DNA from: a virus | Taxonomy: Duplodnaviria; Caudoviricetes | Length of the DNA stretch: 60,029 nt | IMG/VR virus record: IMGVR_UViG_3300036861_000473 | Reading direction: 5' to 3' (one strand) | Shown here: piece after piece, positions 59,899-60,029 of the stretch | Position numbering within the stretch: position 1 is the first letter of the stretch | Layout: each line of letters starts with the position of its first letter | Made by a program: the position numbers and the translations under genes | The notes under the pieces: model-generated | What the model was told of the DNA's origin: nothing | Database searches by the model: none | What the model saw: the letters and a program-made list of their open reading frames with translations, nothing else

Positions 59899-60029
59899 CT
59901 AGCATGCCGGGCGAGGGCTGTCGCCTGGGATGTCCCGCGGGTCGGGAACGCGCTCCAACCAGCGGCCGACCTGCAACGTGTATCCCTTGGCGTAACGGCG
60001 GGTCGTGTTCGCCGATGCGTGGCCGAGGA
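59899..60029 (-). CDS. int: C-terminal end of the tyrosine recombinase (includes terminal overlap)
   Basis: LGHASANTTRRYAKGY...PRPAC then TAG at 59901-59899. Confidence 0.85.
   Translation of the reverse strand, partial: LGHASANTTRRYAKGYTLQVGRWLERVPDPRDIPGDSPRPAC
59903..60029. repeat. 127-bp terminal overlap
   Basis: Identical to 1-127. Confidence 0.95.

Overview
This looks like a complete, circularly assembled genome (59,902 bp unique; bases 1-127 repeat at 59903-60029) of a high-GC temperate siphovirus of an actinomycete. Core organisation: a tyrosine recombinase crossing the assembly junction (missed by the ORF track); a repressor/cro switch; a rightward early operon (PD-(D/E)XK nuclease, Rad52/Sak-like annealase, DnaQ exonuclease, VRR-NUC, J-domain protein, DnaB-N/AAA helicase, likely origin); HNH-terS-terL-portal-protease-capsid; a large fibre/appendage cluster; tail genes; a lysis cassette; an initiator-type tRNA-Met; and a plasmid/AICE-like spread module. 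The most unusual elements are these. (1) A 3.9 kb self-regulated module bounded by 13-bp direct repeats sits inside the packaging region and carries a beta-clamp homologue, a DUF3560-like protein and its own HTH regulator, with shared operators in both promoters. (2) An HNH endonuclease arrived with a synonymously recoded replacement of its host gene's 3' end, and the old end is stranded downstream. (3) Three tandem DUF6527-like paralogues lie between endolysin and holin. (4) There is a dif-like Xer site. (5) Secreted disulfide peptide morons, a PHD-finger-pattern protein and a cluster of structured non-coding elements are also present. All family assignments come from motif recognition by eye; no searches were run.
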